From NCBI GenBank assembly GCA_964658145.1, contig CAZZYE010000005.1, forward strand, positions 1 through 38,603: DNA of 38,603 nucleotides, given 5' to 3'. The notes below the pieces were generated by a model. That model saw only the letters and a program-made list of their open reading frames with translations. It was not told the origin of the DNA and ran no database searches. The first letter of the stretch is position 1. Every line of letters begins with the position of its first letter. The position numbers and the translations under genes were made by a program. Below, one piece after another: positions 1 to 8,279 of the stretch. The DNA is from an uncultured Stigonema sp. Lineage in GTDB: Bacteria; Cyanobacteriota; Cyanobacteriia; Cyanobacteriales; Nostocaceae.

Positions 1-102
1 CTCTCTCACCTTTTTGTTTTTCTCTGCTACCCCAATTTATTGAGCCGATACGAAATTATCAAGAATTAATAAAGTAAAGTCTTTTAAGATGCTCAGTTTT
101 TG

Positions 103-115
103 GTGATTATATCAC
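103..115. promoter_or_regulatory. 13-bp palindrome GTGAT-TAT-ATCAC, candidate regulator-binding site
   Basis: 5-bp arms are perfectly complementary around a 3-nt spacer in AT-rich non-coding DNA upstream of the cluster. It loosely resembles CRP/NtcA-family or Fur-type half sites, but the spacing does not fit either consensus. Confidence 0.15.
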
Positions 116-350
116 AAAATTTGAGGCGCAAACGTGGCGTTGCACTTGGATAAGCTTGAGCGAACAAGCCGCTATAAAATACTACCTCTAAGGGTACTAT
201 CGCCGTCTAAGCGCACCTTCTATATTTAAGAGGAAAGTAAAACAAAACTTATTTTACCGAAAAGCAGGCAAACTAAACTGAATACTTAAACTGTGGTCTA
301 AACCTAAGTTGATAGGAAAAAGAAACTTGTCATGAGAACGATACCGTTGG

Positions 351-376
351 CAATATTGACGACGTTGTCAACATTG
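351..376. promoter_or_regulatory. imperfect inverted repeat CAATATTGAC-N6-GTCAACATTG, candidate operator
   Basis: 10-nt arms with one mismatch and a 6-nt spacer (gacgtt), in the non-coding leader about 400 bp upstream of the first + strand ORFs. Confidence 0.15.
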
Positions 377-445
377 ATGTTTAACCATGCGGCATAAGCT
401 GTCAAACTTTTAATTTGCATATTGAGCATAGACTAAAGTTTTGTG

Positions 446-467
446 GGGTGGGACGTATTGCCCGCCC
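446..467. other. GC-rich hairpin (GGGTGGG / CCCGCCC, 8-nt loop)
   Basis: 7-bp stem with one G-U wobble as RNA. The arm sequence is nearly the same as in the hairpin at 37235-37259 (tgcccgcccta vs tgcccacccta). No U-run follows, so it is not a classical terminator. Confidence 0.3.
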
Positions 468-620
468 TAAATATGCAAGTTAAAAGTACATTAGCGTACC
501 ACCACACTCATCCTTTTGCCTGGTCGTCGGTGAGCGAGGCAAAAGCACCTTTCTTATTTGTACGCACTGGAGTGCATAAGTGGATATTGCTTAAACCTAC
601 TAAGAATATAGAAGAAAGCG

Positions 621-770
621 ATGATCGCTGATCGCTTAACTTCTATTCAAGACAAAGCACGTAAACTAAAATACCAAGATGACCATATTCATCCTCAAAG
701 AAAGACCCTAGAAGCAAGCTACCAAAGCGTTAGCAAACAAACGGAACGTTGTATTAAAACCAAAAAATAA
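621..770 (+). CDS. candidate small ORF (49 codons), unknown function
   Basis: Read by hand and below the ORF-track cutoff: ATG 621 to TAA 768-770. Translation: MIADRLTSIQDKARKLKYQDDHIHPQRKTLEASYQSVSKQTERCIKTKK. It ends 12 nt before the next same-strand ORF. RBS is weak and I recognise no family. Confidence 0.2.
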   Translation: MIADRLTSIQDKARKLKYQDDHIHPQRKTLEASYQSVSKQTERCIKTKK

Positions 771-782
771 GGAAAGAAAACT

Positions 783-1109
783 ATGAACGAACTTGTCCAA
801 CGATTATCAAAGGGAGAACACCCTGTTGAAGTAAGCCTTAGACCAGAGAAAACGGTTACAGTTTTAAAAGAGTGTATTGACCGTGGATATATTCATATCA
901 AATTCACAGATACTAAAGGCGGTACTGATTTAGGTGTCAGACTCGATCCAACAGCATCTAATTTTAAAGAAGCTGACTTTGATCGCCAAACTGGTCAGGT
1001 TCATTTAGTTGGCAACTTGACACTTAATTACGTAAAAGTTCAATGTGTTGCAGATATTGAGATAGAAACGCTCTTAGGCAAGGGACATCTGGAACCTCTA
1101 GAGGAGTAA
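783..1109 (+). CDS. hypothetical small protein (108 aa) heading the NRPS operon
   Basis: ATG 783 is preceded by AAGGA (769-773). It lies on the same strand immediately upstream of the MbtH-like gene. I recognise no motif in the sequence (KFTDTKGGTDLGVRLD...). Confidence 0.5.
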   Translation: MNELVQRLSKGEHPVEVSLRPEKTVTVLKECIDRGYIHIKFTDTKGGTDLGVRLDPTASNFKEADFDRQTGQVHLVGNLTLNYVKVQCVADIEIETLLGKGHLEPLEE

Positions 1110-1192
1110 GATGTGGCTGTTACTCAAGAAACAGACAAATGCTAATCGCTACATTATGCAAATCAGAATGAGTGAAGGAATTGGAGGCAACA

Positions 1193-1405
1193 ATGAATAG
1201 AGATGACAAAGAAGATACGACAATTTATAAAGTTGTAGTGAATCACGAAGAACAGTATTCTATTTGGCCATCTGACCGAGATAACCCACTCGGCTGGCGT
1301 GACGGTGGCAAAACTGGTGTGAAAGAGGAATGTCTGGAATACGTTAAGCAAGTGTGGACTGACATGAGACCGCTGAGTCTTCGTCAGAAGATGGAGAAAT
1401 CCTAG
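1193..1405 (+). CDS. mbtH: MbtH-like NRPS accessory protein (70 aa from ATG 1193)
   Basis: Carries the family signature [52 protein letters not shown], with the invariant Trp residues and the WTDMRP motif. The track ORF opens at GTG 1172, but GGAGG (1183-1187) lies 5 nt before ATG 1193, which gives the usual family length of about 70 aa. Confidence 0.93.
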   Translation: MNRDDKEDTTIYKVVVNHEEQYSIWPSDRDNPLGWRDGGKTGVKEECLEYVKQVWTDMRPLSLRQKMEKS

Positions 1406-1502
1406 CACGGTTTTGATGGAAAAGTTGCTGGTTGTCGCCAGCAACGTTCCTTATGTAGAGATGATTGACTGCGTCTGGTTTTGATTGCTAAGGGAACAAC
1501 CA

Positions 1503-3230
1503 ATGACTGCTTATTTAAATGACTTACCAAATACCATATATAACCTTTCAACTTTAGTTGAACTTCTGCGCTACCGAGGGCAATACCAGCCTGACCAAAT
1601 TGCTTATACTTTTCTGCAAGATGGAGAAACTGAATCAAGCAGGCTCACTTATGGAGAATTAGACCAACAAGCACGGGCGATCGCAGCTTCTCTTCAGTCT
1701 ATCGGGACTAGTGGCGATCGCGCTTTACTGCTGTATCCACCAAGTCTAGAGTTTATTAGCGCTTTTTTCGGGTGTTTGTATGCCGGGATTGTGGCTGTTC
1801 CCGCTTATCCGCCTCGGCGGAATCAGAATTCATCTAGATTAGAGGCAATTGTAGCAGATGCCCAGGCGACTTTTGCGCTCACCACGACATCAGAGTTGGC
1901 AAACCTGGAGAGTCGATTGGCGTTGAATCCAGAATTGGCTGGGTTGCGCTGGCTAGCAACTGATAAAATAGACAGCGACTTGGGTAGTCACTGGCGGGAA
2001 CCGACATTAAGCAGGGAAACTTTGGCTTTTCTTCAGTATACTTCCGGTTCTACGGGAAAGCCGAAGGGTGTCATGGTCAGTCATGGTAATATATTACACA
2101 ACGAACGACTGATTAAGATGGCTTTCGGGCATACAGAGAAAACTATCTTTGTCGGCTGGTTGCCATTATTCCATGATATGGGGCTTATTGGAAATGTCTT
2201 ACAGCCCTTGTATTTGGGAATACCGAGCTTTCTGATGTCACCTGTAGCTTTTCTTCAGCAACCTGTTCGTTGGCTGCAAGCTATTTCCCGCTACAAGGCG
2301 ACTACCAGTGGCGGACCCAATTTTGCTTATGACCTGTGTGTGAGCAAGATTACTCCCGAACAAATCTCTAGTCTTGACTTGAGAAGTTGGGAAGTTGCTT
2401 TCAACGGTTCTGAACCTATCCGTGCGGAAACATTACAACGATTTGCTCGCAAGTTCGCTGATTGTGGTTTCCGTTGGGAAGCATTTTATCCCTGCTACGG
2501 GATGGCTGAGACGACTTTATTTGTTTCCGGGGGTTTAAAAACTGCGCCCCCCGTTCTGTACCAGCTTGAGGGAGCAGCCCTTGAAGAAAACCGGGTGCTT
2601 TTATCTACTTTAGACCAAGTTGATTCGCGGACAATTGTGGGTTGTGGTTTAACATTCTTTGACAAAATCGCGATTGTTGACCCCGAATCCAAGACCCAAT
2701 GTTTATCTGACAAAGTGGGAGAAATTTGGGTGTCAGGTTCGAGTGTAGCTCAGGGCTATTGGAATCGACCGGAAGTCACAGAACAAACTTTCAATGCTTT
2801 CATTGCAGAGACTAGCGCAAGCACGCCAGGAGCGTCAGGTCCGTTTTTGCGAACTGGAGATTTGGGATTTTTCCACAATGGGGAATTGTTTGTCACAGGT
2901 CGCCTGAAGGATATGATTATTATTCGCGGGCGCAACCATTATCCTCAAGATATTGAACTGACACTTGAGAAGAGTCATCCAGCGCTGCGCTTAGCTTGTA
3001 GCGCAGCGTTTGGGGTTGAAGTCAATGGCGAGGAAAGATTGGTTATTGCTTGTGAAGTAGAGCGAAGTTACCTGCGTCAGCTAGATGTGGATGAGGTAGT
3101 TAGGGCTATCCGCTCTGCGATATCAGAGCAGCACGAGATACAAGCCTATGGTGTTTTATTGCTCAAGACTGCAAGTATCCCGAAGACTTCTAATGGTAAG
3201 ATTCAGCGCCACGCTTGCCGAGTTGGTTTT
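1503..3230 (+). other. fatty acyl-AMP ligase (FAAL) loading domain
   Basis: N-terminal adenylate-forming domain with FAAL-type motifs (LTYGELDQQARAIAASL, FLQYTSGSTGKPKGV, LPLFHDMGL, GRLKDMIIIRGRNHYPQDIE). It is followed directly by an ACP, not by an amino-acid T domain. Confidence 0.85.
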
Positions 3231-6200
3231 TTAAATGAAAGTCTGGATGTTGTAGGTAGTAGCATCTTAGAAGACTCTTATGTCATAGATAATACAGATG
3301 AACTGATCCGCGAAACTCTTCTGGCAATGGAACCAGAAGACCAAAAGCGGTGGCTTTTGTCTTATGTTCAAGAGCGAGTGGCTCGGGTACTCAAAGTGCC
3401 ACCTTCTCAATTAGACCAACAGCAGCCTCTCAGTACCCTAGGTCTCGATTCTTTGATGGCTGTGGAGCTCAAGAACGAGATCGAAACTAGCTTGGGTGCT
3501 ATTTTGCCCATGACCAGTTTCCTTGAGGGTTCTAGCATTGCCCAGATGGCGATCGAGGTATTCAATCAGTTGACAGCAATTCCCTCTACCTCAGAAATGC
3601 ATCTTGTTCCAATTCAGGAAGCTGATGCTGAATATCCCCTCTCCTATGGTCAAAGGTCTCTGTGGTTTCTGCACCAGTTAGCACCAGAAAGCCCAGCTTA
3701 CAATATTGCAGCGGCTGTACGCCTGAGAGCAGATTTGGATATTCCTGCTCTGCAACGCACGTTTCAGAAACTGGTAGATCGTCATCCTGCCCTCAGGACG
3801 ACTTTCATTGCCCCTGATGGTGAACCTAGACAATGGGTTCATGAGTTCCGGGAGGTATACTTCTACAAGGAGGACGCATCGGCTTGGAGCGACGCATTCC
3901 TAAATAATCGCCTTGTTGAAGATGCTTACCGACCCTTTAATCTGGAGCAAGGTCCTTTACTGCGGGTCAGTTTATTCACTCGTTCAGCAAATGAATATAT
4001 CTTGCTGCTAGTTGTACATCACATTGTCGCTGACTTCTGGTCTTTGTCAGTACTCCTACAGGAGATGGGAAGACTTTATCAGGCAGAAAAAGACGGCACA
4101 ACAGTAGCGCTTGCTCCCTTGGTAATACAATATACCGACTATGCTCGCGCTTCAGCAGAAATGCTGGCAAACGCGGAAGGAGAGCGACTCTGGGCTTATT
4201 GGCAGAAGCAGCTGGCAGGGGAGTTACCAGCGCTGAATCTCCCTACTGACCGACCTCGACCTCCAGTTCAAACCTATCGAGGTGCTTCCCAGCCCTTCAA
4301 GTTAAATGCAGAATTGACTGAGAAGCTCAAAGCACTAAGCCGCGCTCACGGTGCTACTCTTTACATGACTTTGCTTGCTGCTTTTCAGGTACTGCTTTAT
4401 CGCTATACGGGTCAAGAAGACCTATTGGTAGGTTCGCCTACGGCTGGTAGGAGTCGGACTGAGTTGTCAGGATTAGTAGGTTATTTTGTTAACCCTGTAG
4501 TATGCCGTGCAAATTTTTCTGGTAATCCCAGTTTCAAAGCCTTTCTCAATCAAGTACGCTCTTCTGTACTAGATGCTTTTAAACACCAAGACTACCCCTT
4601 TGCCCTTTTGGTTGAGCGATTACAACCAACAAGGGATCTCAGTATATCTCCATTGTTCCAAGTTATGTTCGTCTTGCAGAAAGCGCACTTGCTGCATGAG
4701 GAAGGCTTGACAGCGTTTGCTTTGGGCGAAACGGGAGCACGGATGAATCTGGGGGATCTGGAACTGGAGTCTTTGGGACTGGAACAACGGATAGCTCAGT
4801 TTGATTTGACACTGACGATGGCTGAAGTGGAGTCTGGAATAGCCGCATCGCTTGAGTACAGCACTGACTTGTTTGATGCGAGTACTATAGACCGGATGGT
4901 GGGACATTTACAAACGTTGCTGGAAGAGATTGTCGCTAATCCAGAGCAGCCAGTTTCTAAATTACCCCTGTTGACGGCATCTGAGCAGCATCAGTTGGTG
5001 GAGTGGAATAAGACCCAGACCAATTATCCCCAAGATAAGTGTATCCATCAGTTGTTTGAGTCGCAGGTGGAACGCACTCCCGATACAGTCGCGGTGGTGT
5101 TTGAAAACCAACAACTGACTTATGGGGATCTGAACTCCCGCGCCAATCAACTGGCGCACCATCTGCAAGCCCTGGGAGTAGGACCAGAGGTGTTGGTAGG
5201 TGTTTGTGTTGAGCGCTCCCTAGAGATGGTTTTAGGACTGCTTGGGATTCTCAAGGCAGGTGGGGCTTACGTGCCGTTAGACCCGCAATTACCCAAAGAG
5301 CGCTTGGCTTATATGCTGAATGATTCCCAAGTGTCAGTGATGTTAACTCAAGACAAATGGGTGAGTGGTTTGCCTGAAAATGGGACATGCGTAGTTTTCT
5401 GCTTGGATCAACAATGGGAAACACTTTCTGTTGAGAGTGAGGACAATCTCATCAGTGGTGTGCAAGTCGATCATCTGGCTTATATGATTTACACCTCAGG
5501 CTCCACCGGAAAACCAAAAGGAGCGATGAACACCCACCGTGGAGTTAGCAATCGCTTGCTTTGGATGCAGGATATCTACCGATTAACCGCAGCAGATCGG
5601 GTTTTACAGAAGACTCCTTTGAGTTTCGATGTCTCTGTTTGGGAGTTATTCTGGCCATTGTTGAGTGGAGCGAGCTTAGTTGTGGCGCAACCAGGTGGAC
5701 ATCAAGATAGTGCTTATTTAGTGAAGCTGATGGCCTGTGAGAAAATTACCACAGTTCATTTCGTGCCATCAATGCTTCAGGTTTTCTTGCAAGAACAAGG
5801 ACTGGACAGTTGCAGTGGCTTGCAAAGAGTGTTCTGTAGTGGAGAAGCGTTATCATTTGAACTGCAACAACGCTTTTTTGCTCGTTTAGGGTGTGAATTA
5901 CACAATCTCTACGGTCCGACGGAAGCTGCTATTGATGTCACCTTCTGGCAATGCTTGCAAAACAGCTATCTGACAAAAGTGCCCATTGGTCGTCCCATCG
6001 CCAACACACAAATTTACATTCTTGATCGCCATTTCCAACCGATGCCCATTGGCGTTCCAGGGGAATTGCACATTGGTGGTGTTGGTTTGGCACGAGGCTA
6101 CCTTAACCGCCCTAGCTTAACAAGTGAAAAATTCATCCCCAACCCGTTGAGCGATGAACCAAATGCCCGCCTGTATAAAACTGGTGATCAAGCACGTTAT

Positions 6201-8243
6201 CTAAGCGACGGTAACATCGAGTTTCTTGGTCGCATAGATCATCAAGTGAAAATTCGTGGCTTCCGCATTGAACTTGGAGAAATTGAGGCGGTGCTGAATC
6301 AACACCCACAAGTGCAGGATAACGCAGTCATCACCCGAGAAGATCACCTTGGCAACAAACGCTTAGTGGCTTATATTGTTCCTGTCCAAGAGCCACCTTC
6401 TGTAGCTGAACTGCGAAACTTCCTGAAGCAGAGGGTTCTCGAATACATGGTCCCAAGTGCCTTTGTGATTTTAGAGACGATGCCACTGACGCCGAATGGT
6501 AAGGTAGACCACCGTGCTTTACCAACACCAGATACTTCCCAGCGGAATTTAGATGTTGGTTTTGAGCCACCCTGTACCCCAGTAGAAAAGAGTTTAGCCG
6601 CCATTTGGGCTGAAGTCTTGGGGTTGGAAAAAGTCGGGATTCGCGACAACTTCTTTGAGTTGGGAGGAGATTCCATCCTCAGTATTCAGGTGATTGCCCG
6701 CGCCAATCAAGCGGGTCTAGTGCTCACCCCCAAACAGTTATTTCAGCATCAAACTATTGCCGACTTAGCTACCATCACAGACACAACCCAAGGCGTTCAA
6801 GCTGAACAAGGTATCGTGATCGGTCCAGTACCCCTGACCCCCATCCAGCACTGGTTCAAAGAGCAGAATCTACCCCAGCCGCACCATTATAACCAATCGC
6901 TCCTGCTGGAAGTGCCACCAGATTTGAACCCAGAATTATTAGAGCAAGTCGTGCGGCAATTGTTGCGACATCACGATGCCCTGCGCCTGCGGTTTGTGCA
7001 GTCCGGTGATTACTGGGAGCAAATGAATGCCACCATAGAAGAAACAGTGCCTTTGAGCGTGGTAAATTTGTCACAAATGTCCTCAGACGAGCAGCAAACA
7101 GCTGCCATTGAGGCTGTTGCCAGCGAACTACAAGCCAGTCTTAACCTGTTAACAGGACCAATCATGCGAGTGGCTTTGTTTCAGTTAGGCATAGATCAAC
7201 CAGGGCGTTTGCTAATCATCGTACATCACCTCATGGTGGATGGCGTCTCATGGCGGATTTTGCTGGAGGATCTCGCTAGTGCCTACCAACAGCTGTGCCA
7301 GGGCGAAGCGATTCAACTACCCGCGAAAACAACTTCTTTCCAGCAGTGGGCGCAACGGCTGACGGAGTATGGGCAATCACAAGCCCTAGCTACGGAGTTG
7401 GAGTATTGGCTAGCTCAGTATGAGTCTGGTGTTACTTGTTTGCCAGTGGATTATCCCATAGATCAACAAGTCAACACTGTTGCTTCGGCTGCAATTGTGT
7501 CAGTGTCTCTGAGTGTGGAACAAACCTGCGCCTTACTACAAGAAGTGCCTTCTGCCTACAATACCCAAATTAACGATGTGCTGCTGACTGCTTTAGTGCA
7601 GAGCTTACAAGCGTGGACTGGAGAGCGCTGCTCAGTGCTCATTGACCTTGAAGGTCATGGACGAGAGGAATTATTTAAAGATGTCGATCTGTCGCGCACA
7701 GTGGGCTGGTTCACCACTATCTTTCCCGTGCGGTTAGAGCTAAGGGAGCTTAACCATCCAGGATCGGCTTTGAAGTCGGTGAAAGAACAATTGCGTCGCT
7801 TGCCAAATCGCGGTATCGGCTACGGTATTTTGCGGTATTTGAGTCAAGACGCTACAACGCGCTCAAAACTACAGTCTCTTCCCGAAGCACAAGTAAGTTT
7901 TAACTACCTTGGTCAGTTGAAATGGGTGGATTCAAAATCTTTTGTGCTAGGGTCTGCAAAAGAGTCCTGCGGACCAGCTCATAATCAGCTGGGAAATCGT
8001 CGCCATCTGCTGGAAGTGAACGGATTTGTAGCTTCAGGCAAGCTACAACTGGATTGGACTTACAGCGAGAAGGTTCATCAACGAACCACTGTTGAGCGTC
8101 TGGCTCAGGGTTTTATCCAGGCTTTACAAGTTCTTATTTCCCACTGCCAGTCCTCTGATGTTGGAGGCTATACCCCTTCAGATTTCCCGCTTGCAAGGCT
8201 AAATGAGGAAAAACTTAATAAACTGTTCACTATGCTCGATTAA
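1503..8243 (+). CDS. NRPS 1: FAAL-ACP-C-A(Ser)-T-E (lipoinitiation plus D-Ser module)
   Basis: The track frame opens at TTG 1485; the first ATG is 1503 (MTAYLNDL). FAAL motifs: YTSGSTGKPKGVMVSHGNILHN and WLPLFHDMGLIG. ACP: LGLDSLMAVE (Ser codon 3450-3452). C: HHIVADFWS (about 4015). A: YTSGSTGKPKG, hand-extracted code DVWHFSLIDK, which reads as Ser (compare EntF DVWHFSLVDK). T: GGDSILSIQ (Ser codon 6672-6674), the form typical of T domains that feed E domains. E: HHLMVDGVSW and EGHGRE. The tail TPSDFPLARLNEEKLNKLFTMLD is COM-donor-like. Confidence 0.97.
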   Translation: MTAYLNDLPNTIYNLSTLVELLRYRGQYQPDQIAYTFLQDGETESSRLTYGELDQQARAIAASLQSIGTSGDRALLLYPPSLEFISAFFGCLYAGIVAVPAYPPRRNQNSSRLEAIVADAQATFALTTTSELANLESRLALNPELAGLRWLATDKIDSDLGSHWREPTLSRETLAFLQYTSGSTGKPKGVMVSHGNILHNERLIKMAFGHTEKTIFVGWLPLFHDMGLIGNVLQPLYLGIPSFLMSPVAFLQQPVRWLQAISRYKATTSGGPNFAYDLCVSKITPEQISSLDLRSWEVAFNGSEPIRAETLQRFARKFADCGFRWEAFYPCYGMAETTLFVSGGLKTAPPVLYQLEGAALEENRVLLSTLDQVDSRTIVGCGLTFFDKIAIVDPESKTQCLSDKVGEIWVSGSSVAQGYWNRPEVTEQTFNAFIAETSASTPGASGPFLRTGDLGFFHNGELFVTGRLKDMIIIRGRNHYPQDIELTLEKSHPALRLACSAAFGVEVNGEERLVIACEVERSYLRQLDVDEVVRAIRSAISEQHEIQAYGVLLLKTASIPKTSNGKIQRHACRVGFLNESLDVVGSSILEDSYVIDNTDELIRETLLAMEPEDQKRWLLSYVQERVARVLKVPPSQLDQQQPLSTLGLDSLMAVELKNEIETSLGAILPMTSFLEGSSIAQMAIEVFNQLTAIPSTSEMHLVPIQEADAEYPLSYGQRSLWFLHQLAPESPAYNIAAAVRLRADLDIPALQRTFQKLVDRHPALRTTFIAPDGEPRQWVHEFREVYFYKEDASAWSDAFLNNRLVEDAYRPFNLEQGPLLRVSLFTRSANEYILLLVVHHIVADFWSLSVLLQEMGRLYQAEKDGTTVALAPLVIQYTDYARASAEMLANAEGERLWAYWQKQLAGELPALNLPTDRPRPPVQTYRGASQPFKLNAELTEKLKALSRAHGATLYMTLLAAFQVLLYRYTGQEDLLVGSPTAGRSRTELSGLVGYFVNPVVCRANFSGNPSFKAFLNQVRSSVLDAFKHQDYPFALLVERLQPTRDLSISPLFQVMFVLQKAHLLHEEGLTAFALGETGARMNLGDLELESLGLEQRIAQFDLTLTMAEVESGIAASLEYSTDLFDASTIDRMVGHLQTLLEEIVANPEQPVSKLPLLTASEQHQLVEWNKTQTNYPQDKCIHQLFESQVERTPDTVAVVFENQQLTYGDLNSRANQLAHHLQALGVGPEVLVGVCVERSLEMVLGLLGILKAGGAYVPLDPQLPKERLAYMLNDSQVSVMLTQDKWVSGLPENGTCVVFCLDQQWETLSVESEDNLISGVQVDHLAYMIYTSGSTGKPKGAMNTHRGVSNRLLWMQDIYRLTAADRVLQKTPLSFDVSVWELFWPLLSGASLVVAQPGGHQDSAYLVKLMACEKITTVHFVPSMLQVFLQEQGLDSCSGLQRVFCSGEALSFELQQRFFARLGCELHNLYGPTEAAIDVTFWQCLQNSYLTKVPIGRPIANTQIYILDRHFQPMPIGVPGELHIGGVGLARGYLNRPSLTSEKFIPNPLSDEPNARLYKTGDQARYLSDGNIEFLGRIDHQVKIRGFRIELGEIEAVLNQHPQVQDNAVITREDHLGNKRLVAYIVPVQEPPSVAELRNFLKQRVLEYMVPSAFVILETMPLTPNGKVDHRALPTPDTSQRNLDVGFEPPCTPVEKSLAAIWAEVLGLEKVGIRDNFFELGGDSILSIQVIARANQAGLVLTPKQLFQHQTIADLATITDTTQGVQAEQGIVIGPVPLTPIQHWFKEQNLPQPHHYNQSLLLEVPPDLNPELLEQVVRQLLRHHDALRLRFVQSGDYWEQMNATIEETVPLSVVNLSQMSSDEQQTAAIEAVASELQASLNLLTGPIMRVALFQLGIDQPGRLLIIVHHLMVDGVSWRILLEDLASAYQQLCQGEAIQLPAKTTSFQQWAQRLTEYGQSQALATELEYWLAQYESGVTCLPVDYPIDQQVNTVASAAIVSVSLSVEQTCALLQEVPSAYNTQINDVLLTALVQSLQAWTGERCSVLIDLEGHGREELFKDVDLSRTVGWFTTIFPVRLELRELNHPGSALKSVKEQLRRLPNRGIGYGILRYLSQDATTRSKLQSLPEAQVSFNYLGQLKWVDSKSFVLGSAKESCGPAHNQLGNRRHLLEVNGFVASGKLQLDWTYSEKVHQRTTVERLAQGFIQALQVLISHCQSSDVGGYTPSDFPLARLNEEKLNKLFTMLD

Positions 8244-8279
8244 GTTGATTCAACATCCACATTCTTGGAGAAATTTAAT

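Noticed and set aside
443-631. 62-aa + strand ORF in the upstream leader
   Set aside because: It opens on a GTG that is part of the GC-rich hairpin at 446-467. It has no RBS, its composition is odd (Trp/His-rich), it has no recognisable family, and it overlaps the better-placed ATG 621 frame. It is probably a chance ORF.
1163-1638. Minus-strand ORFs 1163-1444 and 1402-1638
   Set aside because: They are antisense shadows of the well-supported MbtH-like gene and the start of NRPS 1. They have no motifs, and they would interrupt a co-directional operon.
1503-3600. Interpreting the FAAL-ACP start as a PKS module or as an amino-acid A domain
   Set aside because: No KS, AT or KR motifs follow the ACP. 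The adenylating domain has FAAL-type motifs (LPLFHDMGL and others) rather than the amino-acid A-domain pocket (no FDxS...NxYGPTE pattern).
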